Shown one piece after another: positions 14,245 through 27,539 of a stretch of 64,000 nt of DNA. Made by a program: the position numbers and the translations under genes. The DNA is from Eledone cirrhosa. Taxonomy: Eukaryota. Location of the stretch: positions 72,168,001-72,232,000 of the forward strand of contig OZ024746.1 in assembly GCA_964016885.1 (NCBI GenBank), in the 5' to 3' direction. The stretch's first letter is position 1. Every line of letters begins with the position of its first letter. The notes under the pieces were generated by a model, which was given only the letters and a program-made list of their open reading frames with translations, ran no database searches and had not been told where the DNA came from.

Positions 14245-14548
14245 CATCATCATCATCATCATTTTACGTGCGCTTTTCCCTCCTTGCAAGGGTTGGACGG
14301 GTCCTATTCAGTACAGCATCTCTCCACTTGTCACGGTCCATCGTCATCTCCTCGGTGAGTTTCAGCGATCTGAGGTCTGCTCTCACCACCTCCGCCCATG
14401 TTTTACCTGGTCTACCTCCTCTGCATCTTCCTTCTACTGGGATTTCTTGGCACTTCTTTACCCAGCGGTCATACTCCATCCGCATCACATGTCCATACCA
14501 TCTCAGCCTTCTCTCCTGCACACCACAACTTATCCCTCTTATACCCAT
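14245..14548 (-). mobile_element. RTE-type LINE 3' end with (GAT)n tail, in the homeobox intron
   Basis: RRLRWYGHVMRM...GRPGKTW; near-identical to 24325-24610. Confidence 0.85.
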
Positions 14549-14660
14549 ATATCATAATCATCATCATCATCATCATGGTTTAACGTCCATCTTCCACGCT
14601 AGCTTATATATTATAAGAACAGATTAAAGTTTAAGCAAAGAATAAATAGTTGCTCTACGT

Positions 14661-14716
<56 letters not shown>

Positions 14717-14840
14717 ATGTAGAGCAAATATTTATTCTTTGCCCGCCCTAGAGAGATACAAAGATATGTATATATATATATATATATATAAACATGTAGA
14801 GCAAATATTTATTCTTTGCCCGCCCTAGAGAGATACAGAG

Positions 14841-14930
<90 letters not shown>

Positions 14931-14942
14931 CTATCTATCTCT

Positions 14943-15622
14943 CTAGAGCGGGTAAAATTCCCGAGATCCATGGACGAGTTCTCTCCAGCGATCTCTGTCC
15001 CTCATTATCGCTACCATGTCCTGCATCTCCAACAGGCCAGTGTCTGTCCTTAGGGCATCAACATACGTTAAACTTGGTCTTCCTCTTCCAGTATGTCCAT
15101 GTAGGGGCTCCCACAGGAGCACTGAGTGCTGTGTCAACTCTGGATGTCGGTGAGCATGTCCAGCTAACCTCAGTCTCCTCTGTGTCCCTTTTGAGCTGAC
15201 ATTTGGGAGGCTCCCATACAGCTCGGAGTTTTTTCATCCTCAGTGTATACTGATTAATGTTCAGAGACATCCTCAGCATTCTCATGTAGCACTCATCCAC
15301 CATCTGAGTGAGTTCCTTGGTCAGTGTCCAAGTCTCAGACCCGTACAGCAGCACAGACTCCACTACAGCAATAAAGAGGCGGATCTTCAGGTATTTACGA
15401 AGGTCCGACTCCACACCGATCTCAAATTGTAGCACGCCGCCCACATCATCTTCCGTATTCCCAATCTTTGCTCCCAAATACAGGAAGTCCTCAACTAATT
15501 CCAGCGGCTTCTCGCCTACATTAGTAATCCCCTGTGGCTTCTCAACATTCTCTGCCAGACATTTTGTCTTAGTCTCATTCATTCTCAGCCCACGCTCATC
15601 GACACAGTCTCAACTTCCTGCA
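14943..15622 (-). mobile_element. Second RTE-like LINE 3' fragment
   Basis: VGLRMNETKTK, DFLYLG, ESVLLYGSETWTL, GRGRP..TYVD motifs. Confidence 0.8.
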
Positions 15623-15686
15623 TCAAATATATATATATATAATTCTTATCGAGCCCTCTTCGAAATTTAGTCTTTACATTTATTAA

Positions 15687-15740
<54 letters not shown>

Positions 15741-16279
15741 TTGATGATTTAGTGTTAAAGAATAAAAATTAATGATAAAATAAAAAGATATTCTTAAAAA
15801 AGGAGACCCCAAGGGTATGTGGCCCTAATCTATAGCTTATTTAGCTTATAGGTATGTCCAGCACTGGCCAGCCAGGTGGTGTTAAACTGAATGATGGATT
15901 AAATTTACTAATTCATTATAACCAAGTCCATTCTGCCTTTTGATTTTATATATTAACAACAACTATGGTTTTCTTTCATTTTTAATACCGTAAAATGGTA
16001 TTTGAAGGAACGGACGAGGAGGAAGGGACATCTAAGACAATGTAGTTCTAGATATCCTTCACAAACGGAATGATGACGACTGAAACGCCTTGAAAATAGG
16101 TTTCCTCAATCAAAGTTGACCTGGAGTTAACAGCCTACACCTTCGTACTATAGATTTCACTTGAAGTCAAGCAACAACAACAGCAACACAACATACTGCC
16201 TTTGTATCATAAGTCTTCTGGCATAGGTTTAACCTAGATTTCAACAACAACAATGATATGTGGAGTAAAGTTAGCTTAC

Positions 16280-16468
16280 CTTCACTTGTTCTCGGTTAAT
16301 GCCAATACGGGTGGCTATGATCTGCTTCTGAATATTGTTTGGATATCGAACTCTCTCGAATATCCCATTGAGTAACTGAAGTTGGTGTCGGGTGTAACTG
16401 AGTCTTTCTCTTGGGGACAGCATCCGGTAATCTGGGGGAGGAGGAGGATAATGCACAGTGGTGAACAT
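16280..16468 (-). CDS. PRD-class homeobox gene, homeodomain residues 1-46 exon (SPRERLSYTRHQLQLLNGIFERVRYPNNIQKQIIATRIGINREQVK)
   Basis: R5, Y8, Q12-L13, L16, F20, Y25-P26 in place; donor AAG|gtaagc at 16279. The 5' boundary is either ATG 16468 or an acceptor (cctcccccag|) opening the exon at 16431. Confidence 0.92.
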
Positions 16469-16649
16469 AAACAGGGTGATAGTGGGGATAATATGAATGA
16501 AAGAAAGAAAAGAGCAAGAAGCAGGGGAGAAGGAAAATGGAACGTTGAAAATGATGGTGTTGATATATATACATCGAACCAGATGTCTTATCGTATTTGT
16601 TTCCGATCATTATATATACTAACAGAGTTACGTAACTAGAGTTACGTAA

Positions 16650-16790
16650 CTAGAGTTACGGCCCTTGCCATTCTGAGTTCAAATCCCGCCGAGGTTAACT
16701 TTGCCTTTCATCCTTACGGGGTCGATAAAATAAAGTACCAGTAATGTATTGGGTAATAGCTGACCTTGTGCCAAAAGTAGAAACAATTAT
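16650..16790 (+). mobile_element. tRNA-derived SINE with Deu/Nin-like core, 5'-truncated; another copy at ~17200-17352
   Basis: B-box gagttcaaatccc; core tttgcctttcatccttacggggtcgataaaataaagtacc. Confidence 0.85.
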
Positions 16791-17814
16791 ATATACTAGC
16801 AGAAAAACCACCCTTCGGATGGTTTTCTGCTAGCATGTGTAGTGTACATATTGATATTATACGGACATATATATATGCATGTAGATATGATACATCAAAT
16901 AAAATCGTAATTGACAATATACACAGAAATTGAACGAACTCTGTTACACTGTCTTCTGCAATCAGTAAAGTAATCCTTGATACATTTAAAAAAGACGATG
17001 TTATATATAAACTGTATTAGGAGAAAATTAGTGACGGAAATATATGCGATATTTTTATAAGTGTTATAATATAACGGCCGCTAACCGGAAGTGTTGACAT
17101 TTGATAATTTTAAAGAAGTGAATTTTAAAGATTAATCTATAAAATATATTTAATCAACAGCTACGAAATTTAGCACATAAATTATGTAGTATTCATTCGT
17201 CAGACGCCATGCTTTGGCGCATAGAGTTACGGTCCTTGCCATTCTGAGTTCAAATCCCACCTAGATTAACTTTGCCGTTCATCCTTACCGGGTCGATAAA
17301 ATAAAGTACCAGTAATGCACTGGGAAATTGCTGGCCTTGTGTAGAAACAATTATTTATTCAAATTAATCCAACTTATTTTACAAACGGGATAAAAAAATA
17401 TATTCTGGGCGCAGTCCCGCACTCCTTTCTTTATTATAGTTAAGATATTTATATATATAATATGTAGATTTCTAAGTTGTATCTGGAGTACCCACAGTTA
17501 AAAAAGGTACTCAATCCATTGAAAGACTGTAAGCCTCTTTATTATATATAGAAATGATTTCTACAGGACTAGAACTCTTTCATTCGTCTGAAATCATCCC
17601 ACATATGTATGTGTGTGTGTGTATACATATGCACATACACACAATAGAATACGTTCACAAAACTAATAAAACAACAATCCACCAACACAAACACAGACGC
17701 ATGTGCAATGATGCATCATAGGGTAGCTGTAGAGTTACATAGAGTTACATAGAGCTACGTTCAGTTACATAGAGCCTCACATTGTTACATAGGGTTATAT
17801 AGTGTTACATATAT

Positions 17815-18208
17815 AATTGTTTCTACTTTTGGCACAAGGCCAGCAATTACCCAGTGCATTACTGGTACTTTATTTTATCAACTCCGTAAGGATGAAAGGC
17901 AAAGTTAACCTCGACGGGATTTGAACTCAGAATGGCAAGGGCCGTAACTCTATGCGTCAAAGCATAGCGTCCGACCCTCTACCGATACTGCCAAATGTTA
18001 CATATATAGTGTTACATATATAATTGTTTCTACTTTGGGCACAAGGCCAGTAATTACCCAGTACATTACTGGTACTTTATTTTATCGACCCCGTAAGGAT
18101 GAAAGGCAAAGTTAACCTCGGCAGGATTTGAACTCAGACCATAAAGGGCCGTAACTCTTTGCTGCAAAGGATGGCGTCCGACCCCCTATCGATACTGCCA
18201 ATCCACCG
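17815..18208 (-). mobile_element. Two tandem copies of the same SINE inside a gagttacata minisatellite
   Basis: Reverse complement of the 59621-59810 consensus, present twice. Confidence 0.88.
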
Positions 18209-18214
18209 ACATAT

Positions 18215-18585
18215 ATCATGTTACATATATAGTGTTACATAGAGATAGATAGAGTTACATAGTTACATGGAATTACATAGAATTACATAGACTTGTATAC
18301 GTGTTACATAGAGTTACATATAATTGTAGAGAGTTACATAGATTTGTATAGACTTACATAGAGTTATATAGATTTATATAGCTACATAGAGTTATATAGA
18401 TTTATATAGCTACATAGAGTTATATAGATTTCCATAGAGGTACATAGAATTATATAGAGTTACTAGAATTACATAGATTTATGTAAAGGTACATAGAGTT
18501 ACATAGATTTATCTAGAGGTACATAGAAGTATACAGATTTTCATAGAGTTACATAGAGTTATATAGAGGTACATAAATTTATATA
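18215..18585. repeat. Minisatellite with ~10-bp unit (gagttacata and variants); also 17725-17815
   Basis: Direct reading. Confidence 0.9.
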
Positions 18586-18586
18586 C

Positions 18587-18617
18587 CTGATTGATCTTTT
18601 TCCATTGATGTTTTCAT
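18587..18617 (-). CDS. Candidate first coding exon of the homeobox gene (MKTSMEKDQS + G, phase 1)
   Basis: ATG preceded by an in-frame stop; donor TCAG|gtatat; phase matches the acceptor at 16431. Confidence 0.35.
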
Positions 18618-19119
18618 TTAACCGCTTCTGTTGTTTTTGTTTCTTGTTCTAATACTGACAGTCGTCAACCCACAGTTGTTCATCTCATTATACCTGAACA
18701 GGTAATACACCGCTAGTGGATAACAGACTAACCTTTCTAGTAACGTCAACTAGCCCCCTAACCACTTATCTTTGTCTTTCTACTGCCTCCGCCCTCCTGC
18801 CTCCAACCTCCCACCTCCAACCTCCCACCTCCTGCCGTACGTTAACTATCTTTTTTTTCCGTTCGTCAGCCACAATACCTATCGTCTTTTGGTCCCCTGA
18901 CTTGAGGACTTAAGGACTTGAGGTTACGGTTGGAAGAGATGAAGGAAGAGAGAGAGAGAGAGAGAGAGAGAGTAGGGATGGATTGAAGAGATATGGTTGG
19001 GGGAAGAGGAGTATGAGGCTTCGGGGAGGAAAGGAGAGCGGAAGAGAAAAGAAAAAAGGTGAGTATATTTAATCACTTATCACTCGGCGTGGCTAATCTC
19101 GAAAAGATTAGAACGTACA

Positions 19120-19201
<82 letters not shown>

Positions 19202-19233
19202 AATATATATTTATATATATATAAATATATATT

Positions 19234-19313
<80 letters not shown>

Positions 19314-19385
19314 AATATATATTTATATATATAAATATATATTTATATATATATATATAAATATATATTTATATATATAAATATA

Positions 19386-19451
<66 letters not shown>

Positions 19452-19453
19452 TA

Positions 19454-19509
<56 letters not shown>

Positions 19510-19513
19510 TATA

Positions 19514-19555
<42 letters not shown>

Positions 19556-19559
19556 TATA

Positions 19560-19595
<36 letters not shown>

Positions 19596-19598
<3 letters not shown>

Positions 19599-19784
19599 CG
19601 AAGGAAATGTGGTAAGGAACCAGATGGACCATAACGCACCAAAGTACTCAATACTTAGGGTAGTAGAGTGGGTAATAGGAACGAGTAGGACCCCGACGGC
19701 TGAGCTCAAGCCGTTTCGACGGCTAATTCTGGACATTAGCCGTTGAAACGGCTTGAGCTCAGTCGTCGGGGTCCTACTCGTTCC

Positions 19785-19844
<60 letters not shown>

Positions 19845-20081
19845 ATACTTGGGGAGGGTCATATTTGTGTAATATTGCCAGAATTAATAACGGAACACAC
19901 TCACTGTTTGGTTGGTTTTCGCTTCTCGCTTCCGTGTCTTTTATATCGGTAATCTAACTTACTCGGTCCTCAATGTTGCCATTGACTGACCGGCGGTCAA
20001 AAATAGTACAGATACAATATAGACACAAACACATATATATATAGTTTATCATAAATCTTTCGTTGCACATCTGCAATATCG

Positions 20082-20114
<33 letters not shown>

Positions 20115-20357
20115 GATAATTTAATATATCTACTAACATAAGCGCACAGATGTACGCTAATACCAGCAAATACACAGGTTATGTCACAGTACCTAGGTGG
20201 TTCAATGCAGGAGAATGCAGAACAATAATATAAAAGACGTAAAATAAGAAAATTTTTTTTTTTTAATTTTTTTAAAAATTAACTTACTTACTTAAAAATT
20301 TAAGTAAGTAAGTTAATTTTTTTTTTTTTTTTTTTTTTTAAATTTTCTTATTTTACG

Positions 20358-20400
<43 letters not shown>

Positions 20401-20875
20401 AAAAGAATGACCTTTTTTATTAATGCTCTTGACCAGGGGGAAAAGGTCGTTCTCGAAGGGTGAGAGCATAGGGTTCGGAGGGGGAAATTTGTAGGCATTG
20501 AATCCGAGTCTCTCCTTGGTATCGAAGTCCTGATTGTCGTGGTATCTATCGTAGAAAAATGTTCTCCATCTCAGTCTTTTCGCAAAAAGGTCGATTTTTT
20601 GCGTGAGCAACCGAAGGTAAAGTTTTCTCGGTGGAACTGGGATGTCCTTGCTGGAGGAGTCGATGTTGTGTTTTCGCATGGTGCGGGTGAAGAAACTTGA
20701 GCTGGGTTGAAAAGTGCTCTACTACAGAGATAGGAGCTAAATAACGAAGGAACTGTGGTAAGGAACCAGATGGACCATAAAGGTCATACTTTTTCCTATT
20801 TCCCAATCTACTAACCTAAGTATTGAGTACTCTGGTGCGTTATGGTTCATCTGGTTCCTTACCACAATTCCTTCG

Positions 20876-20912
<37 letters not shown>

Positions 20913-20925
20913 TATATTCACACAC

Positions 20926-21003
<78 letters not shown>

Positions 21004-21047
21004 GCCGTCGAAACGGCTTGAGCTCTGCCGTCGGGGTCATACTTTCT

Positions 21048-21050
<3 letters not shown>
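19596..21050 (-). mobile_element. Cluster of PLE 5'-end fragments separated by (TA)n; related pieces at 12540-12665 and 34335-34500
   Basis: ORF 20362..20679 (SSKDIPVPPRKLYLRLL..KRLRWRTFFYD) resembles the PLE N-terminus at 58060..58326; recurrent ccccgacggc.gagctcaagccgtttcgacgg and tattgagtactctggtgcgttatgg blocks. Confidence 0.7.
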
Positions 21051-21110
<60 letters not shown>

Positions 21111-21175
21111 AGCGAACCTCAACCGTTAAGGTTGTCTTTATGCGGGTATGTCAATATTTATAAAACAAATTTGTA

Positions 21176-21237
21176 TTTTATCTGATGAAAGCGCACCAAA
21201 ATTTGCCTTGGTTGCCCTTGAAATATATATAATAAAA
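21176..21237 (+). ncRNA. Type I hammerhead ribozyme motif
   Basis: UUUUAU-CUGAUGA-[AAG CGCA CCAA..UUGG UUGC CCUU]-GAAA-UAUAUA-UA|AUAAAA; predicted cleavage after 21231. Confidence 0.8.
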
Positions 21238-21370
21238 TAATTATGGTTTTATAAATATAGTTTCCATTTATTACTCTATTGAATATTTACTCCACTAAAC
21301 TGTTGAGTGCTTTATATCAGTTCTAAAAATGTTTAAGCTTGTTGAATCCCAACAAATTAAATATAATCTC

Positions 21371-21444
<74 letters not shown>

Positions 21445-21625
21445 TGCACGTTCGTTCTAATATATATATGTGTGTGTGTGGTCATTCGTATGAATGTATC
21501 TATAAATATATACACATATCTTATACATTTATATATATGTATGTGTATAGTCATATATGTGTGTGTGTGTGTGTGTGTGTACACGCAGAAATACCTATTC
21601 AAGTATATATGTATTTAGAAATATG

Positions 21626-21656
<31 letters not shown>

Positions 21657-23507
21657 AGAGAGACCTAGAGTAATAGACACATAGACACGATGATGTTCCT
21701 TATCCCAGCGAGGCGACAAGGCGGAAATTTAGCACATAGGGGGAGATAATCAATATTTATATTAGATTTGATGTGTTTACTGAGATAGCGTCTGTATACA
21801 CAACTGTAACCCTTGTGTCTATTAAAAGGGGGATTACCTAGAATTGGCGTCAATTTAAAAATGGTGTCGCGGATGTGGTTGTTGTTTGGGCTTTCGTTTA
21901 GCCACAGGTCGGTACTGATCCAGTAGGCTCATGAACAACGATAATCCTGTTTTTTCTACATCCCATAATCATATTTCCTGTTTGCAATAGTTTCTGGCAA
22001 TGATGGATATTCCGTCGGTTGCGACTAGGAGCATTCACTCTTTCCATCAACTGAACGCCTAACATGTGAATTAACTATACATACTCTTAATGTAATTCTC
22101 AACAGCGCGACACAATATGAGACAAGATGGGACCTATAATTTACAGGTACAACACACCCGAAGGCTTCCACGCAGTTCGCATTTATCTTATTTTACTCAT
22201 AAGGTTTGGATTGACCCGAATCTATGGTAAAACAAAAAAACACCCATGATGCCACGCAGTGGAATTGAACCCGGGACCTCATAATTTCGAAGATAAATGC
22301 CTGCATTTAATAAAGAGTATTTCATAACTACTTATATCAGGTCGAGCGGTCGCGAAGAGACTGTCCTCTCTTGTTTGCTTGAATAAGGTCAACTTTGCCT
22401 TTCGGGGTCGATAAAATAAGTATTAATCTCGTACTGTTTCTATCTGTCACGTTTTCTCTTTCTCTTGAAGAAATCGGTTGTGTTCAGACGTAGAGAGAAA
22501 AAGGGCTCCGCCAGGTTTTAAAAGATGCCCATGAAACGCCGTATTGTAACTATAGTGCCCCTATAACTCTATCGGGAGTTACGGGTACATACATGCACAG
22601 ACAAATGGTTAAGAGAGTTCGTTCGAAATCATGAGATTCTAGGTTCGATTTTACTGTGCACTATGTTGGGTAAATACCTATTACTTACAGCTTCAGACTG
22701 ACCCAAGTCGTCAGAAATTTCAAAAATGTTTATGTTGGTGATATATTTCTTATAATATTTTTTTTTTAATTCGTGACATATTAATTTGTTAATGTTACAA
22801 AATTGACAAATAACGCAGTGGGATCGAACCAGAGACCTCAGAATTTCGTAGCCATGCTACTTCCACTCGAGATTATGTGGTGATAAGCTGATAGACATTG
22901 TCTTTATATTTATCTAGCAACAATAACTTTCCATATCAAACTGAAGTATGGACAGTCCAAACTAATCTCAGTTGGTCAATGACCTTTGCTCTCTGACCTC
23001 TACACACGCACATACGCACATATACACACGTATGCACACACACACACACACACACACACACGCGCGTTGACATATACAAACATACACACATATGCCCATA
23101 CGACACAGACAGACGGGATGACGCCGGACGTTCCAAAGTTCTTAAGTTTTCACATAAAACATTTTATCCACTTACTGATATCAGATGGCTCTTTTATAAT
23201 GTGTTTGTATAAGCTGGTTGTGTTGGTGGTGGTGGTCATGGTTGTGGTCATGGTGGTGGTGGTGGTGGTGGTGGTGGTGGTGGTTGTCGTTGTTGTGAGT
23301 GTAATGCTGGAAGTGCTGGTAATGGTGAGGATGATGTCGTGATCGTGGTGATAATGGTAGTTGTTTTGGTTGTCATAGAAATGGTCTAAACTGCTTAGGA
23401 CCACTATCTCCTTAGAGAATATATTTCTTCCACACTCCTCCACCCATACATCCACTCACTCTATAATTGATAAAGAGAAATTTTATATTTTTAAAAACTG
23501 ATCATAT

Positions 23508-23558
<51 letters not shown>

Positions 23559-23574
23559 ATATATATATGTTCAT

Positions 23575-24610
23575 TATAGTCCTTCAAGCCATAACAGAGG
23601 AGTTTAACACTGGATGCCTTGGGAACTTCTCTATGCTGACGATCTGGTTCTTATAGCAGAATCAGTAGAGGAGCTAGAGAATAAATTCTAGCTATGGGGT
23701 CAGCAGTGGAATCAAGAGGACTGAGAGTGAACCTAATTAAAACAAAAGTGTTGATAAGTAGAAAAGAGGACAAAACTCTGATTTCATATTCGATATGTAG
23801 AAAAGGAACTGGCATAAATTCTATAAAATGTACACAATGCAGATCTTGGGTACACAAGAGATGTAGTGGGATAGCAGGCAAACTAACAGGTAGGAAAAAC
23901 TACGTATGCAGTAGATGTACAGGGAAATTTGACAGTAGAAGTCGCAGTGATAGACACATTTTTCAAATGCAGGTGGGTTCTATAGAAGTGGTTGATAGTT
24001 TCCGGTACCTAGGTGATCAGATTAGCATGGGAGGTGGGGTGTTCCAAGGCCATAGTATCTATAATAAGGACGGGTTGGAAGAAGTTTAGGAAGCTGCTTC
24101 CTCTGTTGACAAAGAAGGGTTTCTCCCTGCGTACGAAAGGACGGTTAAATGTTGCCTGTGTGAGATGCGCGATGCTGCATGCTAGTGATACAAGGGCAGC
24201 AACTGCAGAGGATATGCGACGGCTGGAGAGAAATGAAGCAAGCATGCTCTGTTGGATGTGCAATGTCAATGTGCATGAACGACCAAGCATGGAGGAGTTG
24301 AGAGAGAAACTGTATATAAGAGGGATAAGTTGTAGTGTACGGGAAAGAAGACTGCGATGGTATGGACATGTGATGCGCATGGAAAATGACCGGTGGGTAA
24401 AGAAGTGCCAAGAAATCCCAGTAGAAGGAAGACGCAGTAGAGGAAGACCACGAAAAACATGGGCGGAGGTGGTGAGAGCAGACCTCAGATCGCTGAAGCT
24501 CACAGAGATGACGAAGGACTGTGACAAGTGGAGAGATGCTGTGCTGAATAGGACCCGTCCCATCTTTGCAAGCAGGGAAAAGTGGGCGTAAAATGATGAT
24601 GATGATGATG
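23575..24610 (+). mobile_element. RTE-type LINE 3' half with a Cys/His-rich insert, (GAT)n tail
   Basis: GCLGNFS/LYADDLVL region, GLRVNLIKTKVL, CTQCRSWVHKRC..YVCSRC, FRYLGD, RLRWYGHVMR. Confidence 0.9.
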
Positions 24611-24613
24611 TAT

Positions 24614-24659
<46 letters not shown>

Positions 24660-24865
24660 AAGGAACGATCGACTTTCGTCAAATCGGACCGAGGAAACAA
24701 TGTTTCCATTGGTCTTTCCAATTGCTAATACTATCTATTGGTTGCAACACCAGGCAGAAGGAGCAATGTGAAATAAAGTGTCTTGCTCAAAGACATAACG
24801 GTCTGGGAATCGAACTCACAACTTCACGATTGCGTATCCAATTCTCTAAACACTCAGCCACACGC

Positions 24866-24915
<50 letters not shown>

Positions 24916-25272
24916 TACATATATATACCAACTTCTCTTGCTCTCCCTCTTCCTCACTAATTACTTCCTCTCTTCCTCCTCCTTCATTACTACATATCGT
25001 TTTTCAGCAACGCTCATCACGCCAACGTCACTATCTGCGCTTCCTATCAATTTACTTCCACTCTAAAATATGCCTCTTCCTTTTACTCTTTTATCCTCCT
25101 TTGTCTTTCATTCGTTTTTTCCTCCTCCTTCTCTCTTTCTCTGTTCTTCTTTGTGTCATCCATGTTTTCCCCCTCTTTTTCCCGTCCTCTCTGTCTTCCA
25201 TTTTCACGCCCTCTCTTTGTCTTTCATTCTCTCTCACTCTCTCTCTCGATAAAAGTTTTATATATATATATA

Positions 25273-25329
<57 letters not shown>

Positions 25330-27080
25330 ATGATATCTTTAATATGCATATGCTGTAATAATATGTATATTATTTAGATAGTTAAAGAATCTTTTGCTTT
25401 TACTCTTTTCGGGATTTTCGATGCGTTTTATGGCGTTCGATTTATATTTTCGTCCGTTATTCCAGAGAGAAAGTTTTGTGAATCGTCTTTTGATATTTTC
25501 GAGGTGAATCTGCTGGCCGGTTTCGATCAACACTTATCCTAATGTGCCGCGGCACTTCGCTTCATAATTAATCACATTTGTCTATTTGTTGTTGTTGTTT
25601 AGATTTTGATTTTTTTTTTTTTTTTTTCATTTATTTCTTTTGTCCGCGGTAGAAATTGAACTCTTTAACGGAATTCCACGTGAACATTACTGTGTATTGG
25701 CGGTTTTCATTCGGTCCATAATGTAGTTGTAACTACATGAGAGGTGTGTCGACCGAATGGACCTTTAAGAAATCATTCAAGAGAAGGAATTACGTGTTTT
25801 TTCTGAACAACTGAAAGTGTATCTTGACAATGGGGTGATATATTGCAGCACAGCCGGTGATAGAATTGAACCTCAGAGTTATTGCCCGATTGTCCTATAT
25901 ACCTATATACTTATATATATTTATAACTCTCGACCAACCTACTCCAAAGCACCACACCACGCTACACACCAAATACCTTTCTCAAGATTTAGTTTTCAGT
26001 GGGACAACGTAGAAGTCTGTCAAGTTCGATTCACCCCCAAATGTTATTGTGAGAGTGACCTTCACGATTTGATCCTTGATTCATTAAGTACATACTAATG
26101 CACCACTGTATTGACAAATATATTTTCCACATTTACAACTAGGACAGCCATCTTATCCATAACAACACTCAAACTTATTTTTCTTTTAGTTTATTTTTTT
26201 CAATCTGTTTATAGCCAAATATTTATATTGAGACCATCAGCTTCTTATTTATTTCCAATTAGATTTGTTGTTGTTTTTTATTTCCTGTATTATGGGTCTG
26301 TTATAAATTGTTATACCTAGGTTTGGTTGTGTCTTATCGGTAGTCATGCATTCTGCCTTATCGAGATTAATTTGGAGGTTCACTTCTTTTGCATTGGCAG
26401 CTGACTAAAGAAATCACGGAGACTAGTAATTCCATTGTTAATAACAGCAGTAACAGTGCATAACTTAGGTTAGACATTATTTACCGTGCTTCCCTATAAA
26501 GAACCCGATGCTATTTTCTCACTTTTTTAAGGTAACTGCAGCCAGTACTACACAGAAAAGCTTAGTCATCAAAATGTACTCCTGCTTAACAACTTTCTTA
26601 TCTTCACAAATCTACATTTTAAGATACCACTAGATTTGTTTTAGTTTTTTTTGTTTTGTTTTTGTTTGTTTGTTTTTTGTTGTTGTTGTTGTTTTTGTTT
26701 GTTTGTTTACTCACGGTCACTTTGCAAATCTTGTGGAGGACACTGCTTTTCGTCAAACAACCGCAGCAAAAGTTACAACACTATCGCCACCACTACCACC
26801 AACAACAACTACAAAAGCAACAAAAACAACAACAGTAACAACAGCAGTAACAACAGCAGTAACAACAACAACAACAACGGCAACAATAATAATAATAACA
26901 ACAACAACAACAACAACAAGAGAAACAGCAACAGCAACAATATCAGCTATCAGAAATGATAAAATCAACTCCTCAATTATAAAAGTTGATTTGACAACAT
27001 CTAATATAAACTAAGCCGGAATTTATTCAACTGGCTGTCGTTAAATACCTGAAGAGGAATCAAGTGCCAATCCTTACAAG

Positions 27081-27197
27081 ATGAAGAAAGTAAATTTCAA
27101 GTTTCCGAAATCATTTATGTCGTACATGAGCGAGAATTCCAAGGATGATCATAACGATAACCAGTCTACGGTGATGTCCATGGACGCCACAGTAAAG
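27081..27197 (+). CDS. BCR/ABR-like exon 1 candidate (MKKVNFKFPKSF...MDATVK)
   Basis: ATG after an upstream in-frame TAA; donor AAG|gtgatg, phase 0; no domain match. Confidence 0.5.
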
Positions 27198-27539
27198 GTG
27201 ATGTTGATCTTATTGTAGGAGTTTGTTTTTTGGAGGTTATTGTTATTCTTCATCTTGTCTTTGTTGTTATTGATGTTGCTACTTTGACTCGGGTCTTTAT
27301 ATGTGTGTGCGTGTGTGCGCGTGCGTGTCGTGTATGTGCGTGTGTATGTGTGTGCGTGTGTGTATGTATGTATGTATGGATGGATGGATGGATGGATGGA
27401 TGGATGGACCTGTTGCATGGTCATATCGTCTGTGTCTAAACCGGCAACCCGATCAAACTTGCTTCGTGGGGAGGGGAATTGTTGGACACACTGTGTGATG
27501 AAATAGAAAACACGTAAAAAAAGCGGAGAAACTCATGAG

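Noticed and set aside
16795-17450. Possible Helitron-like non-autonomous element (ctagcagaaaaacc.. hairpin start)
   Set aside because: Ends and family could not be established from this window alone
22250-22860. tRNA-like fragments (gaattgaacccgggacc, ggttcgatt, gatcgaacc)
   Set aside because: No complete cloverleaf; these are SINE heads
26651-27014. Thr/Asn-rich mucin-like ORFs
   Set aside because: (AAC)n low-complexity sequence ending in stops before exon 1
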